From positions 102,672,001-102,736,000 of the forward strand of contig OZ024745.1 of the NCBI GenBank assembly GCA_964016885.1: a stretch of DNA of 64,000 nucleotides. The letters are read 5' to 3'. Of the stretch, positions 11,891 to 26,946 are shown piece after piece. A program made the translations under genes and the position numbers. Source of the stretch: Eledone cirrhosa. Lineage: Eukaryota. The first letter of the stretch is position 1. The number at the start of each line of letters is the position of its first letter. The notes below the pieces were generated by a model, which did no database searches, had not been told where the DNA came from, and saw nothing but the letters and a program-made list of their open reading frames with translations.

Positions 11891-13800
11891 CTTTGTGTTA
11901 CATTCAAATGAATCTTTTCCAATATTACATTTTCTCTTTCAGAGCAAACAATTAGATACACTATGCAGGTATTTGTATTTTTTTTAATACATACAAACAA
12001 AAGAGTGATACAGAAAGAAGCTCTTTAAGCTTTTCATAGACATATTTCTTAGGACATTCACTGTATTTCAATTAATTAATGAAGACTTTGGAGGGATTTA
12101 CTAAAATTATTAATTATTTCATTATTTGTAATATAACTTTACAAATGATATTAAATTATTTTCAAACATTTTAATTTAAATTGGAAATCTTTAAAATGGT
12201 TGGTCTCATTTTATAGAATTGTTTGGCTGTGTTGATATAAAAACAGCTTAATATTATTTTAATAAAAATAGAAACTGACATTATTGTAGATTATGTAAAT
12301 AGACTACAGGAATTAAGAATATGGCTGAGGCTATAAGAATAATGTAAAATGTGGTGAAAGTGATGTTGTTGGTCAACTCTGATTGAGTAAACCTATATCC
12401 TGAACCAAACCACCTTTTATTTTTCAGACATTGTGTATCTCGGACTACACCATCTCATATGGCCTTTCTTTTACTTTAAGACAAAAGAGTGTGATTTGAA
12501 GTTGATTTGGCTGTTATTTCTTGTAGCCTAGTTATTTTATTAATATATGATGGACTTGTAGAATTGTTAGAGTGTCTGAAAAAAATACCTTGTATTATCC
12601 ATTCTGTATCTTTATATACTGAGTTTAAATCCTACTAAAGTCAACTTTGACTTTTTTCTTTTTGTAGTCAATAAAATGAAGTACCAATTAAGTACTGGGG
12701 TTGATATAATGAATTGTGCTTTTCTACTAAGTTTCTGGCCTGTGACTCTGTTAAAAATTATCATAGTGGTATAGCTAACATTGATAACTGTAGAGGAAGT
12801 ATTGAGAGAAAAGATGTATGATAATGATTGCTCATATCAGAATAGAGTATTGGGTGTATTCTGAGGATGCAGAAAAGAAAGTTGAAACCCTTATAATGTT
12901 CTTAAACATAATAGCAATGTAAATTAAACAGATTTAGCTATGAATTAAAGCTACTAGTAGATTGTATTAACCAAAAACTTGCAGCATTATCATGGTTCAT
13001 GCCAGTAATTACTACATTAATAGATATGACTTAATTTTAATTTGAATGGACTTAGATCTGAGATGGATTTTCTATTTGACTTAATTTTGAGAAGTTGATA
13101 GAGTCAACTTGAATTAATCGAATAAGAATTATTAGAAGATTAGAGGGTTTAATATATATTTCATATATCCAGGGTCTATGAACTTACTCCATCTTATCTA
13201 CTATAATATGCTATGTGTATATTAGTTTTGGAGATAATGATGATTTCTAATTTAGACACAAAACCAGCAATTTGAGGGAGGGGAAAATCAATTAAATTAA
13301 ACTTAGTAATTTACTAATACTTTATTTATCGGCCCTCCATCCCTTTTCTAGAAGCATGATAGGCAATATTAAATTTGTTGGGGCTTGAAATTAGAAAAAC
13401 AGAGCTGGAATAAATACTGCAAAATCCAATATTTATCGACATCATCATAAACATCATCCTCATGAACAACATTAACATGAAAAACACTTGAAATATTGAT
13501 CAATAACCAACAAAATGTTTCACTGAATATTGTCTAGTCTTTTGAAAGTCCGTTATTATTTGTGGAATAAAAAATTTGCAATTCATTTCAGCAAAAGAAT
13601 CTTTTAAGCATTTGCATTTTAATCTACAAATCTTAAAGATACATGTTATGAAAGAGCTTTACATGCCTTTATAGAAATTATTGAATCTGAGAACTATTCA
13701 GTAGAGAACAGATAAGATTTGGATAGGTTTTATCTTTCATAAAATATAAGTACATCAACAGCAAACAAATATATCATCAAAATAGTAACACACACACACA

Positions 13801-13837
<37 letters not shown>

Positions 13838-13981
13838 AATAGGATTTCGCTTCAAGCATAGCTTTATACAATATGTATAAATATTTTGTATCTCCAAAGA
13901 AATACGGTTTTAGGTATGCAAACACCGTGGGGGGGGGGAGCTGACGCCCTCTGGTGATGTCCAGCAGAAGCAAGGGGGACA

Positions 13982-14025
13982 ACCGTCTATGCATTTCAGG
14001 CTTAACTGGTCATCGTCAGGACGGT
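13982..14025 (-). ncRNA. type I hammerhead ribozyme (stem II weakened)
   Basis: accgtc CTGACGA tgaccagttaagcct GAAA TGCA TA gacggt. Confidence 0.55.
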
Positions 14026-14237
14026 CCCTCCCACTGCTTGCGACTGCTGGACTAGAAGACAGGCGAGAATATATAGTTTTCTCGTCTGTGTAAATGAGGT
14101 GATTAATTTTTCTATTATAAGTTGAGGCAACTTATACAGCTTCATATGCAAATGAGATTAATCACCTCATTTACACAGACGAGAAAACTATATATTCTCG
14201 CCTGTCTTCTAGTCCACCAGTTGCAAGCGGTGGAGGG

Positions 14238-14281
14238 ACCGTCCTGACGATGGCTAGTTAAGCCTGAAATGCATAGACGGT
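14238..14281 (+). ncRNA. type I minimal hammerhead ribozyme
   Basis: Stem I accgtc/gacggt; core CTGACGA; stem II GGCT/AGCC; GAAA; palindromic stem III ATGCAT; AUA cleavage triplet. Confidence 0.75.
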
Positions 14282-14404
14282 TGTCCCCCTTGCTTCTGCT
14301 AGACATCACCAGAGGGCGTTAGCCCCCCCCCCCCCCGGTGTTTGCATAGCTACGGCTTCCTACAACCTTATTTCTTTGGAGATACGAAATATTTATACAT
14401 ATAT

Positions 14405-15075
14405 ATCAATGGAACCGGCATGCTCCAATGGAGGTGCAATAGTAATTTACACAAATGGCAAAGCGTAAATGAACTGAGAGAGAAATTGGACATAAGAGGG
14501 ATCAGATGCAGTGTGCAAGAGAGGAGATTGCGTTGGTATGGTTATGTGATACGTATGAAGGATGACTGCTGTATATATATATAGAGAGAGAGATATTACA
14601 CCTCTCTAAGACAATGTCACGGGACCGAGATCTTTGGCGCTACGCAGTAATACAGAAGACCCGCCTTGCCTAAGTTCAAAGCGAAACCTACAGTCAGTAG
14701 GCACATCTTAATCAAATATACACCCCCATCCCACTAACCCAACTCCCCCACCCACCCCCATCAACACCACCCCTTTCTCTGTAATGTTATGTTGGTACCA
14801 CAACATCCAGTCCTAAAAAAATGAGGTCGTGTAGGTGTCATGACAAAAAAACACACAATCCATGCTGTAATGTGGCCGTGTAGGTAACACGGTCAAAACC
14901 TCCCAGTCCACACTGTAAACGTGGTTGGTGTTAGGAAGGGCATCCAGCCGTAGCAAACCTGCCAGACAGTCCTATACGAGCAAGACGACCAATCTTGTCT
15001 CAAGTGGAACAATTCCCGTCTAAACCCATGCTAGCGTGGAAGATAGAGGTTAAACGTTGTTGATGATGATGATGA
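14405..15075 (+). mobile_element. RTE 3' fragment
   Basis: MLQWRCN..ELREKLDIRGIRCSVQERRLRWYG, 3' UTR matching 51851-52350, (GAT)n tail. Confidence 0.85.
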
Positions 15076-15121
15076 TAGATAGATAAATAGATAAAGATAC
15101 ATATATCTTATGTATATTTAA

Positions 15122-15770
15122 ATCATCATAATCCCTGCTTAACGTCCATTTTTCAAAGCTAACATGGGTTAGGCGAGTTGTCTCGCTGTGAGACAAGTCA
15201 GATAAAGTGACCATGTCCTGTTCGTACAGAATTGATTTTGGCTACGTTTCTATGGTTGGATGCCCTTCCTAACACCAGTAACATTATTATCGTAATAACT
15301 ACATGACCACTGTGCAGTGTGAACTGGATGCTTTTTGTCATGGCACAAACACAACCATTTTACAGTGTGCAATGGGTGCGTTTTGTCATGGCACCAAAAC
15401 GACCACTTCACAGTGGTAGTGGGGGATGAGGTACATGGGGATTGGAGAGGTAGATCTAGGGGGAGGGTATGGATGATGAGTGGGGTCTTATGACATGAGA
15501 GGTGCATGTAAGGGGTAGGGGTAGGTAGGGGAAATAGTGCACACTGGACATATGCTTAAATCTGTGCACATAGGAAGGCAAGTCTTCTGTATTACTGCAT
15601 AACGCTGGAGATCTCAATCCTGTGTCATCAGCTTTGAGAGATGCAATTGAGGTCAGCTTTTATCACCTCATCTCAAGTCTCCCTAGGTCTTCCTACTCCA
15701 TAGCTTCCATCAACTTTAAGTTCCCTGCACCTTTTTATGCAGCTGTTATCATTCATTTACATCACATGTC
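15122..15770 (-). mobile_element. decayed RTE 3' fragment
   Basis: Reverse complement of the same 3' UTR and ORF end (gtcttctgtattactgcataacgc). Confidence 0.65.
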
Positions 15771-15789
15771 TATACTAACACAATCTCCT

Positions 15790-16008
15790 GGACAAGGTTT
15801 GTTTGTGGAAGACCAGCTGTCACCCATACCAGTCTCACCAACACCGATGTTGTCCAAAGGAAAGGCAATGGCCGATACAGCTCATTTCTACAGGAGCAAC
15901 GTGAAATAAAGTGTCTCGCTTAAGGACACAATGCATCACCCAGTGCAGGAATCGAACTCACAACCCCACAATTGCAAGCTTAATGCTCTAACTGCTACGC
16001 CATGCACC
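15790..16008 (-). mobile_element. CORE-type SINE, second subfamily
   Basis: Shares ctcatttctacag..gtgaaataaagtgtct..aaggacacaatgc with the 645-985 family but has a different 3' part. Related copy at 22105-22385. Confidence 0.7.
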
Positions 16009-16061
16009 TTCATTATATACATATCTATATCTATACGTGTGTGTGTATGTGTATGGTTTTA

Positions 16062-16109
<48 letters not shown>

Positions 16110-17034
16110 GTGGTACGGAAATCTTTGTCCTTAAACAAAGAAGGCAAGAGCAAAGCCATCTTCAAAGGTATTTCTTCATTGAATATATTCAATAGAAAGA
16201 GCTTTTCTCAAAGCATTGGCAATGACCATAATTCCTGTACAAATCACTCGTCTTTGGCTATCAACACTTGAAAGAGTTGGATCTAGGAAAGAATCTTTAT
16301 TCTAAAAATACAAAACATTCATTTATATTTGTGTATTTCAGTTCCTTCTTCCTTTCTTTCTCTCCTTACCTCATGCTCTCTTTATATATATATGCACATA
16401 TATATATACACTAATATACATGCATATAAATGCATATGTATATGCACATACACACAAATACATATGCATACACACAACTTTATACATTTAGATATACATT
16501 TACAGTCATGTCTCCAAGCATAAAAAACACATAAATATCAATAAATAGATACATGCATTCATTGTGTGAATGTGTGTGTCTGTGTGAATGTGTGTGTGTG
16601 TGTGTGTGTGTGCATGTGTGTGTGATTGTGTGTTTGCAAGTGTATTTGTGTGTCACAATTTGAAAAGAAAAAAACCTATTTAGAGAGAAGAGAAAAACGT
16701 CAAGACAAAAACAAATAAAAAATATATTTATTATGTCTATCATTCTTTGTAGCATATGACTGGAAAATCATTTTGAAAAAATAAAAATAAAAATGAAATA
16801 AAATAGAAAGAATAAAATTAATCGATAAAAAAATAAAGGAATTTAAAAAAAAAATAAGCCAAAGTATTTCGACTTTGATAACAAACATTGTCTTTAAAAG
16901 ACAATAGCATAAAAATATTTTCAAAATTGTTTCCCAGTGGAAGAAGAAGTATATGTAACATATTTGTAAGCCTTTACCTATTTAGGAATCAAACTTAATT
17001 TGTTGACAAGGCAACTCATCATGTGTGCATGTAT

Positions 17035-17071
<37 letters not shown>

Positions 17072-17802
17072 GTAGTTCCACAACAGTTAGTTCACCATAC
17101 CGAGAACAAATGTTTCACCTTATTCGGATATTCAGCTGAAGATCCGCACTAGTTCTACCAAACTCGTCCCGTGGACTGAGGGCTCTACTATTACGGATAT
17201 AACCCTCCAGTGTTCTACTAATATATATATACATTTATTTATTATTATTACTATATATATATATATATATATATTAAATTACAAAATATGAGGAAATAAT
17301 ATATAAAAGTATACCTATCTTTTCTTCAAAGTCCTGACGGCAGTTTCGCAGATCCGTGTACAACGATTTTGCACTATAAAAATCATCACAACTGTGGGGT
17401 TGATATGGCTTATCAAGAGCTCCTTAGAAAAAAGGACTGTTTCTTGACGTGTTCATAGCAAGTGAGAAAATCTCTAGAGATGGAGGGAGGAATTAACACG
17501 TGATATTGTGGTAAAAAAAAAAGAGTTTCTTTCATAGCAAGTGAGAATATATATATATATGTATATACAATGTTTATGAAAATCGTTGATATTAACTCAA
17601 TGGTCTCTGGTCAATGCCTCACACACTGAATAAATCTGCTAGATTGCAGTAATGCTACTTGAACCAGTAGTTCAGAGTGCACGCATTTTAGTTAATTGCA
17701 AGTATGGTGGCTGTGTTTTGGTAGAGCTATGTTATATATCTCACTCCTGGATGGATCTGTTTCTGTGCAGCATACTTCATATTTACAGATATTATATCTG
17801 CA

Positions 17803-17981
17803 GGATTGGCAGTATTGGTAGAGGGTCGGACGCCATGCTTTCCAGCATAGTTACGTCCCTTTACGATCTGAGTTCAAATCCCGCCGAGGTTGACTTTACC
17901 TTTCATCCTTATGGGGTCGATAAAGTACCAGTAATGCACTGGGTTATTGCTGGCCTTGTGCCAAAAGTAGAAACAATTATA
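17803..17981 (+). mobile_element. Meta-domain-like SINE
   Basis: Full family consensus, near-identical to 3507-3667. Confidence 0.85.
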
Positions 17982-19339
17982 TCTGCAGTGTTCAGAAAAT
18001 GATGTACCATCACCGGATAGTTACATAATTGAGCGAATTGCACGTCTTCAGCAGGTGGGGTATGTCAATACTTTGGTCTATTTGCTGCGTGTGGTAGCAC
18101 TTATCACTTTGATAATTAATCTAGCAGTTCATGCTAATCTAAGACTTGACCTCTAATGAAAATAGAGGAAGACCTCTCAAACAATAGAATTCACGCCAAA
18201 ATAGAACCCAATAAGTATATTGTATATATGCATACATACATATGAAGGTATATGCATATGTACATATATACATGCATATAAAGGCTGACTTGCAATATAT
18301 ATATATATTTATATATATATATAGAATAAGGAAAAGCGAAGTAGTTTCACATATTAAAGTCCTTTAATAATAATACTGTGATACATATTTCAATGGTGAC
18401 AGTGACCACACTGTTCCATGCTTCAGTGCCACGACATCGTCAGACAGCTTGTTACATAACAAGGTTATGTTTCCGAGGCAATCCAAATTGAATCGACATA
18501 GGAACGGACGAAGTGTGTGCTCTTGGGTTCTTCGTCCGTTCCCTTCTGAGTACCAATTCACCCCCAGCGGTCTGCGCAGGTCTGAAGGAAGTTGACCAGC
18601 AGCTACCGCAGAGTTCAACGAAATTCGCCTAGGCAATTCCCCCTCTCAACCAAACAATGACCTATTAAGGCCTGTAATATATAGCTTACTGCTAGTCACT
18701 CCGTCAGTGGCAGTCAGCCGAAAGCTAGTGGGGTTGGGAGAGTGTGAGTATCAATCGGTCTCAATATTACCCTACATTAAGCATGGACAGTAGAATTGGC
18801 CATCAACTTCTAAAAGAAAATATACTTCATTCTAGGTATTATGGTTTCACAGTGGAAATTATGAATGAGAGTTGGAAATTATAACTAAAAATTCAAAATC
18901 AAAAATCTGAATCAAAAATTCAAAATTCAAAAATGTACAAGTGTGAATCTAGATTGAAGTGAGTAAAAAAAATATGTGGACCTATACTAACTAATACGTA
19001 GGGAGATGTTTAAGTAAGAAGTTTTGAAAGGGGCATCAATGTTACAGATATATTGTCTACATACTGAACGATAGTACCGTACATTAGAACGGAGGGTAAA
19101 TTACAGTATGAAAGGTAGTAGTTAGACGGGTACCTAGTTAGTATTTCCATATTATGGAACAAAACCCCCCCAAAAAACACATATAAAATACACAAAAAAA
19201 CACAAAAAATAAATACAAAAAATACATATAGTACATATATGCAAAATGAGATAGAAGATTCATGATTAATATGATTGTCAGTTTGTCCATATATAGATTG
19301 AATTGAGGGGCTTCTGTTCAAATGCACTTTATATATATA

Positions 19340-20700
19340 TAACTTTGATAAGCATCGGCTAGTATTGACCCAGGTCATGTCTAACTTAATAGCACCACCT
19401 GGCAAAGTCTTTCAAATCAGGATTTGGACACGATGGCCTACTCAAGTAGAGAATTATTTTTTATGGAGACATATCCAGGTGTAGGAGTTTTATCTGGGAT
19501 TTTTTTGAGGAATTTGTCCAAAGACTTTTTGAATTTTATTAGCTCTGTTTCTGTTTTAATATGTTTTGGTGTAATGTTAAAGAGAATGGGACCAGTTGAG
19601 GTGAAATAATTGTGCCGTAATGTTGTTATGAGATGCGAGTTTGATTTTTGTTGTGGGTGGATAGCATGAGGCCCAAGCCTTAGGTGTACTTTAAAGATTA
19701 TGCCAACATCATTTATTTTCCACATCATGCAAATAATGTAGTGTTCACAGCGGTGTTGAAGAGAATAGAGTTTGAGCTTTTCAAGTCGACCCTGAATAGT
19801 CAAAGCCTGTCATGCCATCTATCTTTTTTTTAATTGACCTTTGAAGTGCTTCAATTTTCATAATACTTTGTTTTGTGTGGGCAGACCACAGTGTACAACA
19901 GTATTCAAGGTGGGGTCGGGAAAAAGTAGAGAAGGATAAAGGTGTGAATAACTTTCGACTGGCAAAATTCTGAGAATCCAGGAACACATTCTGCAGGCCA
20001 TGTCATCTTTGCTGTTTATATGAGTGGCCCAGCTTATGTTGTTATAAACAATTACTGCCAAGTCTCTGATGTTGTTGAATACCACAAGAGTTTTGCCTGA
20101 AAGAAGGGAATATGAGAGTTTCAGTGGATCCTCTTTTCCAAAGTGGATTAATTCAAATTTATCCTCGTTCAGCAACATATTCTTTTCCGCCCATTGAAAA
20201 ACAGCAAGTAGATCTGATTGAAGGGATCTCTGGTCACCCACTCCATTGATGACCTTCTGGGGCTTGGAATTATCTACAAAGATTCTTATGTTGCTGTGCT
20301 TGATGATGTCAGTAATGTCATTGATATAGATAATGAAAAGAAGTGGGCCCAACACAGTGTCCTTGTAGAACACCATTACTGACTTTGGCTGGCTTGATTC
20401 TACCCCTTTGACTATAACATGTTGGGCTTTGTTTGTCAAGAAACACTTAATCCATTTCAGTATCTTTCCAGAGACGCCGATGCTGGATAATTTTTTCAGT
20501 AGAATGTTGTGATCAACCCTGTCAAAGGCTTTGCTGAAATCAAGGTAGATGACATCAGTGTTGGAGCTCTCTAAAAAAGCTCTTAAAATGACATCAAAGT
20601 GATGCAGGAGCTATGTTAGGCAGTCCCTTCCATTGCGGAACCCATGTGTGTTGGGTCTCAGCAGATTGTTGCTTCCAAGAAAGGGAGTTGTTTGTGATCT
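19340..20700 (-). mobile_element. CR1/L2-clade LINE 3' half, decayed
   Basis: YLDFSKAFDRVDH, LGPLLFIIYINDI, FVDN (degenerate YADD), RPHLEYCCTLWS and FKKSLDKFLKKIPD. Confidence 0.9.
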
Positions 20701-21400
20701 CACCACCCACCACTTCTGTCCAGCTTTTCTTGAACTTCCTCTACTGTGGCTTCTTTGGTATCTCCTGGCACGTCTTCACCCAGCTTTCATCTTCCAATCA
20801 AATCACATGTCCATACTAGTGTTGTCTTCTCTTTTGCACACTACATTTGATTCCAATTACATCCCACTTTTCTCTCAGTACATCCATGCCCCATCATTCA
20901 TACAAACTAACATTACATATCTAATGGAGCATGCTTACTTCATTTCTCTCAAGACTATACCTTCTGCATTTTCTACCCATGTCTCAATGCTATGCAACAT
21001 TGCACTTTTCAAAGGAACATCATATACTCTACCCTTTGCTTGTAAAGAAAATTTGTTTGTTGTCAACAAACTTTTTCCACCCTGTTCTTATTCTAGCTAC
21101 TATGCTTTCCGAGTAACCTCTTCCACTAATTATTTGGTCTCCAAAGTGACATAATGTATCAACTAATTTATAGTACCTTCCGGGGATACAAAATGGCTAT
21201 TCTTACTACCCACTATTCATAGCTCTGCCAGATACAAAGACTATCTTTTCTGTTTACCCATATCTTAGATTGTGTACATCATATAGAGTTCCAACTTATT
21301 CCTTTTCTACATATTGAACACAACCACTTCCCTGATACTAAATTCTGTTTTTCTACAACTTGAATTTCTTCCCAAGCTCTTGTATAATAGCTTTTCTCCC
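20700..21400 (-). mobile_element. old RTE fragment of the PHD-containing family
   Basis: Degenerate WLCSICRKG..NSI*CT..IWV and SLQAKGRVYD..SAMLHSIETWV, homologous to 52351-53274. Confidence 0.7.
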
Positions 21401-22104
21401 CATACTATTATGTATGTTATTGATACAAAGAATTATGCTTTTACAAAGGTATCTATCACATAACTCAGCATTTGATAATATTTACACCAAAACAAACACA
21501 CACACACACACACATTACATTATTTTATTAGGATTAATATTGGAATTATTGTGTTTATTACATTCCCTTAATAGTAATGTTACATTAACTTTATGTAGAG
21601 GAAAATAAATGAGATTCTTACGTTTATGATGTCTTTCTTACATGTTATTTAACTCAGTATTAAACCTTCTGATATTTATTTCTAACACACATTTTATTGC
21701 TACAATTTACTGACTTCTGTGTTTCAAGCTTTCTGATATTATTCATGTATATTTACTACAACATAAATTTGAGGAATGTTGAGGAATTGTTATATTTTGA
21801 ATTACTTCATGCAAAGAAGTTTAAGGTGTTTGCCTGCATATCTCCTATATAGCACACATATCCTAATATGTTTTGTTACAAAATCTTGCCATATGAGTTC
21901 AGGCAAATGTGCAACGAATACAACATAAAAATGCATATCAAGCAATATCATTTTTTTCATGAAGAGTTTTTTTCTTTTGTCAACTATGTCCAAGGCTGTT
22001 AAACTAGTTTAACTCTTATTTACATTTAACAAACAAAATATGGCAAGCTATAACTATACTTATTTATTGTGGTGGAGGGTAGAAGAAATAAATAAGTAAA
22101 GACC

Positions 22105-22385
22105 CCCTTCAGTTACAAAAGACCATGGGATTTTCACCTAGAAAGTTTCCCCCTGAGGCACAAGTCCCAAGTCCGGGGAAGGTTGTTTGTGCAAAACCAG
22201 CAGTCACCCATGCATACCAGCCTTCCCACCCCACACCAACAATGATTTCCAAAGGAAAGATAATGGCCAATGCAGCTTGACACCAGTGATGTCGCAACTC
22301 ATTTCTACAGCTGAGTAAACTGGAGCAACATGAAATTAAGTGTCTTGCTCAAAGACACAATGCATAACGTGGTCAGAGAATCAAG
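22105..22385 (-). mobile_element. CORE-type SINE, second subfamily
   Basis: Similar to 15790-16008, including ctcatttctacagctgagtaaactggagc. Confidence 0.7.
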
Positions 22386-22419
<34 letters not shown>

Positions 22420-22553
22420 ATATATGTAGAAATAAACACAGTAAACTGTGTCTAAAATTCCGAGGGTTGAAATACCACATTGGTTTGATAAATTTAACCT
22501 GAAGCAAACGGAAGATATAGAATATATATACAGACCATCTCAATAACTATTTC

Positions 22554-22642
22554 ATCTCTCGGACAGGTTAGAGATTTAATCTGTTTCGCCCTGAAAATTG
22601 TGTTTGTAACAGATAATCCGTAGGCTTTCCTCAGCGAGAGAT
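22554..22642 (-). ncRNA. type I hammerhead ribozyme with extended stems
   Basis: atctctcg CTGAGGA aa gcct...gggc GAAAC AG(attaaatctctaac)CT GTC cgagagat: 8-bp stem I and a GUC triplet. Two extra A residues after A9 are non-canonical. Confidence 0.65.
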
Positions 22643-24182
22643 AAGATCAAATGGAACAAACACATTCAACTAAAAGCCACACAAATGAATATCTCACTTT
22701 TGTGCGCTGGACGTTAGAAGTGGTGTGAGTGGATATGATAAAAATAATAGCCTTAATACATCCAACTTATAAGCTCACCTAGTTCGGGAGCCGACATACA
22801 AATAAAATATAGAGTTACTAACTCATATTGAGCTTGTTAATTGCAGGGTATCAATATGAGTTAGTAACTCTGTATTTTATTTGTATATATATATATATAA
22901 AAGGAATGAGCTTGCAAGAAATGATTCTAACTGGATTGAAAGAAAAACAAGTATTTCTTCCACTGACATACAATTATCAGGTGACAAATTTTAAAAGAGA
23001 AAGAGGAAAAATGTTTTGATGGATGAGACAAATTCAATTCTTTTTAGTGTCCTAAGGTGGGTTGAGTCCATTCTACAATACTTCGCAATAGTAAAATGTT
23101 CTGAAATATTTCTAAGCACATCACATTATAAGTGGTTTGCTTTCTTCTAGTTCTTTTTGTGAGGAGAGCGTCTAACACTTCTAGTCATGCAATGTCTGTT
23201 AGTGTTTCTTGGACAGTGTTATCATAAAATTCACCATTGCAATTATTTTCAGGGTACTGAATAATTTAGTTTATCCTGAGAATACTTCAAGATAAACTGC
23301 TGGCACTGTAAAATATCAAAATGATTTCTCAAATTGCTACTGCATGGTATGAAAACAGTTAAAGAAATACATGAAAGTGAAGTCATTCAATTTTGTTAAT
23401 AAATTATTTGTTACACTGAATGAGTTTTAATGATTATCTAAAATATTTCGAAATATATTTTCAAATTTTTATGCAACTCTTTTATGGCTGACCCAGTTCT
23501 GCATTTATAGTACTGCCTAGTGTTACATAGTGATGAAGTACTGATATCTCTCAATATAATTTCCCACTCTCTACTCAAATATGTAAATTGTTTATGATGC
23601 ACATAACCAGTCAATCTGTTCATATCTGATTTGAAATGAATGTGTGCTTACTTTAGTTTTAGTGGAAAAAAACTTTGGACTTAGTATTTAGTAACCACAC
23701 TAACACTATACATAATATCTATACATATATTGCAGTGGAAAAAAGGCTATAGCCTCCTCCATTATTGGTTAATTTATATTTATTTCACTACCAGTCACAG
23801 TATTTTCTTCATAAAAATGCATGAAACTTTAAATATTAATTTTGTTGTAATAATTTGTCCTTCGTGAAAGATTTATGAAAACATGAGTTACATTGCCCAA
23901 TGAATAAATGTAAGTGACATAAATGTAATTGGAATGACACAAGATATATTTAACTGTTTTATTGTATACCACTTATATGTTACTGTTACTTGCATTATTG
24001 TATACCACTTATATGTTACTGTTACAAGCAATGACAGATCAATGACATGTATAGCAGTCTATCCAGGATTTTCAAGCCTTTTCTCTTTCAGACACTTTTA
24101 ATCAGGTTTATTTCCATTATGTCTCTCATCAGTAAATTGCATGAACTTCATTAAATTTTGTTCATATAACATTATTATGAAT

Positions 24183-24373
24183 GGCAGTGAATCAGCAGTA
24201 TCGGTAGAGTGTCGGATGCCATGCTTTCCAGCATAGTTACGTCCCTCTACGGTCTGAGTTCAAATCCCGTTGAGGTTAACTTTGCCTTTCATCCTTACCG
24301 GGTCGATAAAATAAAGTACCAGTAATGCACTGGGTAATTGCTGGCCTTGTGCCAAAAGTAGAAACAATTATTA
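24183..24373 (+). mobile_element. Meta-domain-like SINE
   Basis: Family consensus, tail-to-tail with the CORE SINE at 24377. Confidence 0.85.
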
Positions 24374-24376
24374 TGA

Positions 24377-24717
24377 ATCATCATCATCATTTCATTTTAC
24401 GTCCACTTTTCCCTGCTTGCAAGGGTGGGACAGGAACTGATTCTGGCTTGATTTCTACAGCTGGATGCCCTTCCTAACACCAACCTCATTTACAGTGAGT
24501 GCTGGGTGCTTTTTTGCCGTGGCACCTCCACGACCACTTTGCAGTGGAATGATAGGGACCCCAGTCCCTATCATCTCATTTCTACAGCTGAGTAAACTGG
24601 AACAATGTGAAATAAAGTGCCTTGCTCAAGGAAACAACACATCACCCGGTCTGAGAATTGAACTCACAACCTTTCGATTGCAAGGCCATTGCTCTAACCA
24701 CTAAGCCATGTGCCTCC
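24377..24717 (-). mobile_element. CORE-type SINE with RTE tail
   Basis: Near-identical to 645-985. Confidence 0.85.
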
Positions 24718-25647
24718 ATGGCAAAATATATTCAAACCAATATTTTAAGTTATGGAATTGTAACAAAGCTATGTTCTTTGAAAATAGTGAATTAAAAGCA
24801 ATTGAGAATTTGTTGTTAATAATATATATATATATATAATACATTAACAGAGAAAGCTTTAAGTAATACTCCGACCAGCTTCCATCTCACTCAACAAACA
24901 TTAGGATATACCTTAGTATAATCCCAATTTTACGTTTGGGGTGCTAACTATATGTATTTTGCGGATAGCCAATTGTATTATTTTATATGAGACATAATTA
25001 AAATACATCTCCCTTTCCAAACAATTGTTTCATTATAAGTTTTCTACAAGTTGTGAAAATGTGTCCAGGCTATGTAGAAGCCTACACATAGTCCGTAGGA
25101 ATATATGCAGGTGGGCACTTATAAATCATCAGTGGAATGCCCGTCAAACATCGATATAAAAAAAATTTTTCTTACCGATATCCGATGTTCAGCGATGGTC
25201 CCCTTCCGTATCAGAATGACCGCCAAATTTGAAATTCCAGCAGTCTCAGAATGAGAAATTTCACACTGTCATCAAGCGGAAAGGGGAGGTCATCGCAAAA
25301 CACAATAAAATAAAATAATATGCACGCGGGTCAATTAATTCTTTCAATAATTTTAACCTTGCGTGTGAAGAACTCAATTAGATTTAAAAAAATAAATATA
25401 TGCATGTATATATATATATATATATATATATATTAGGCTGTTTACCAATGGGTAGAACTGGCAATTAGGCTGATAAATAATGATGCAACAAATTAATTAA
25501 AGCACTCAGCATCATGCAGATCATCCATCGTAGATGTGGTATCCACTTGCTGGTGCAGGAATGGAGTAAAGTATTCATTAAAACAACAGAAGAAGGACAG
25601 ACTGGAAAGTTTAGTTTGGAATTTAATTCCACGAAAACACTATATAC

Positions 25648-26946
<1,299 letters not shown>

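Larger units (their letters stand above)
13871..14403. mobile_element. foldback element (~240-bp inverted arms) carrying hammerheads, Penelope-like terminal repeat
   Basis: 13871-14107 is the reverse complement of 14157-14403. It lies next to a (TA)n tract and each arm holds a hammerhead. Confidence 0.8.

Noticed and set aside
23959-24025. ~37-bp tandem duplication
   Set aside because: Ordinary local slippage duplication with no further structure.
24840-25400. Possible Penelope GIY-YIG remnant (CIYSYGLCVGFYIAWT) between TA tracts
   Set aside because: Match too weak and interrupted to support without an HMM search.
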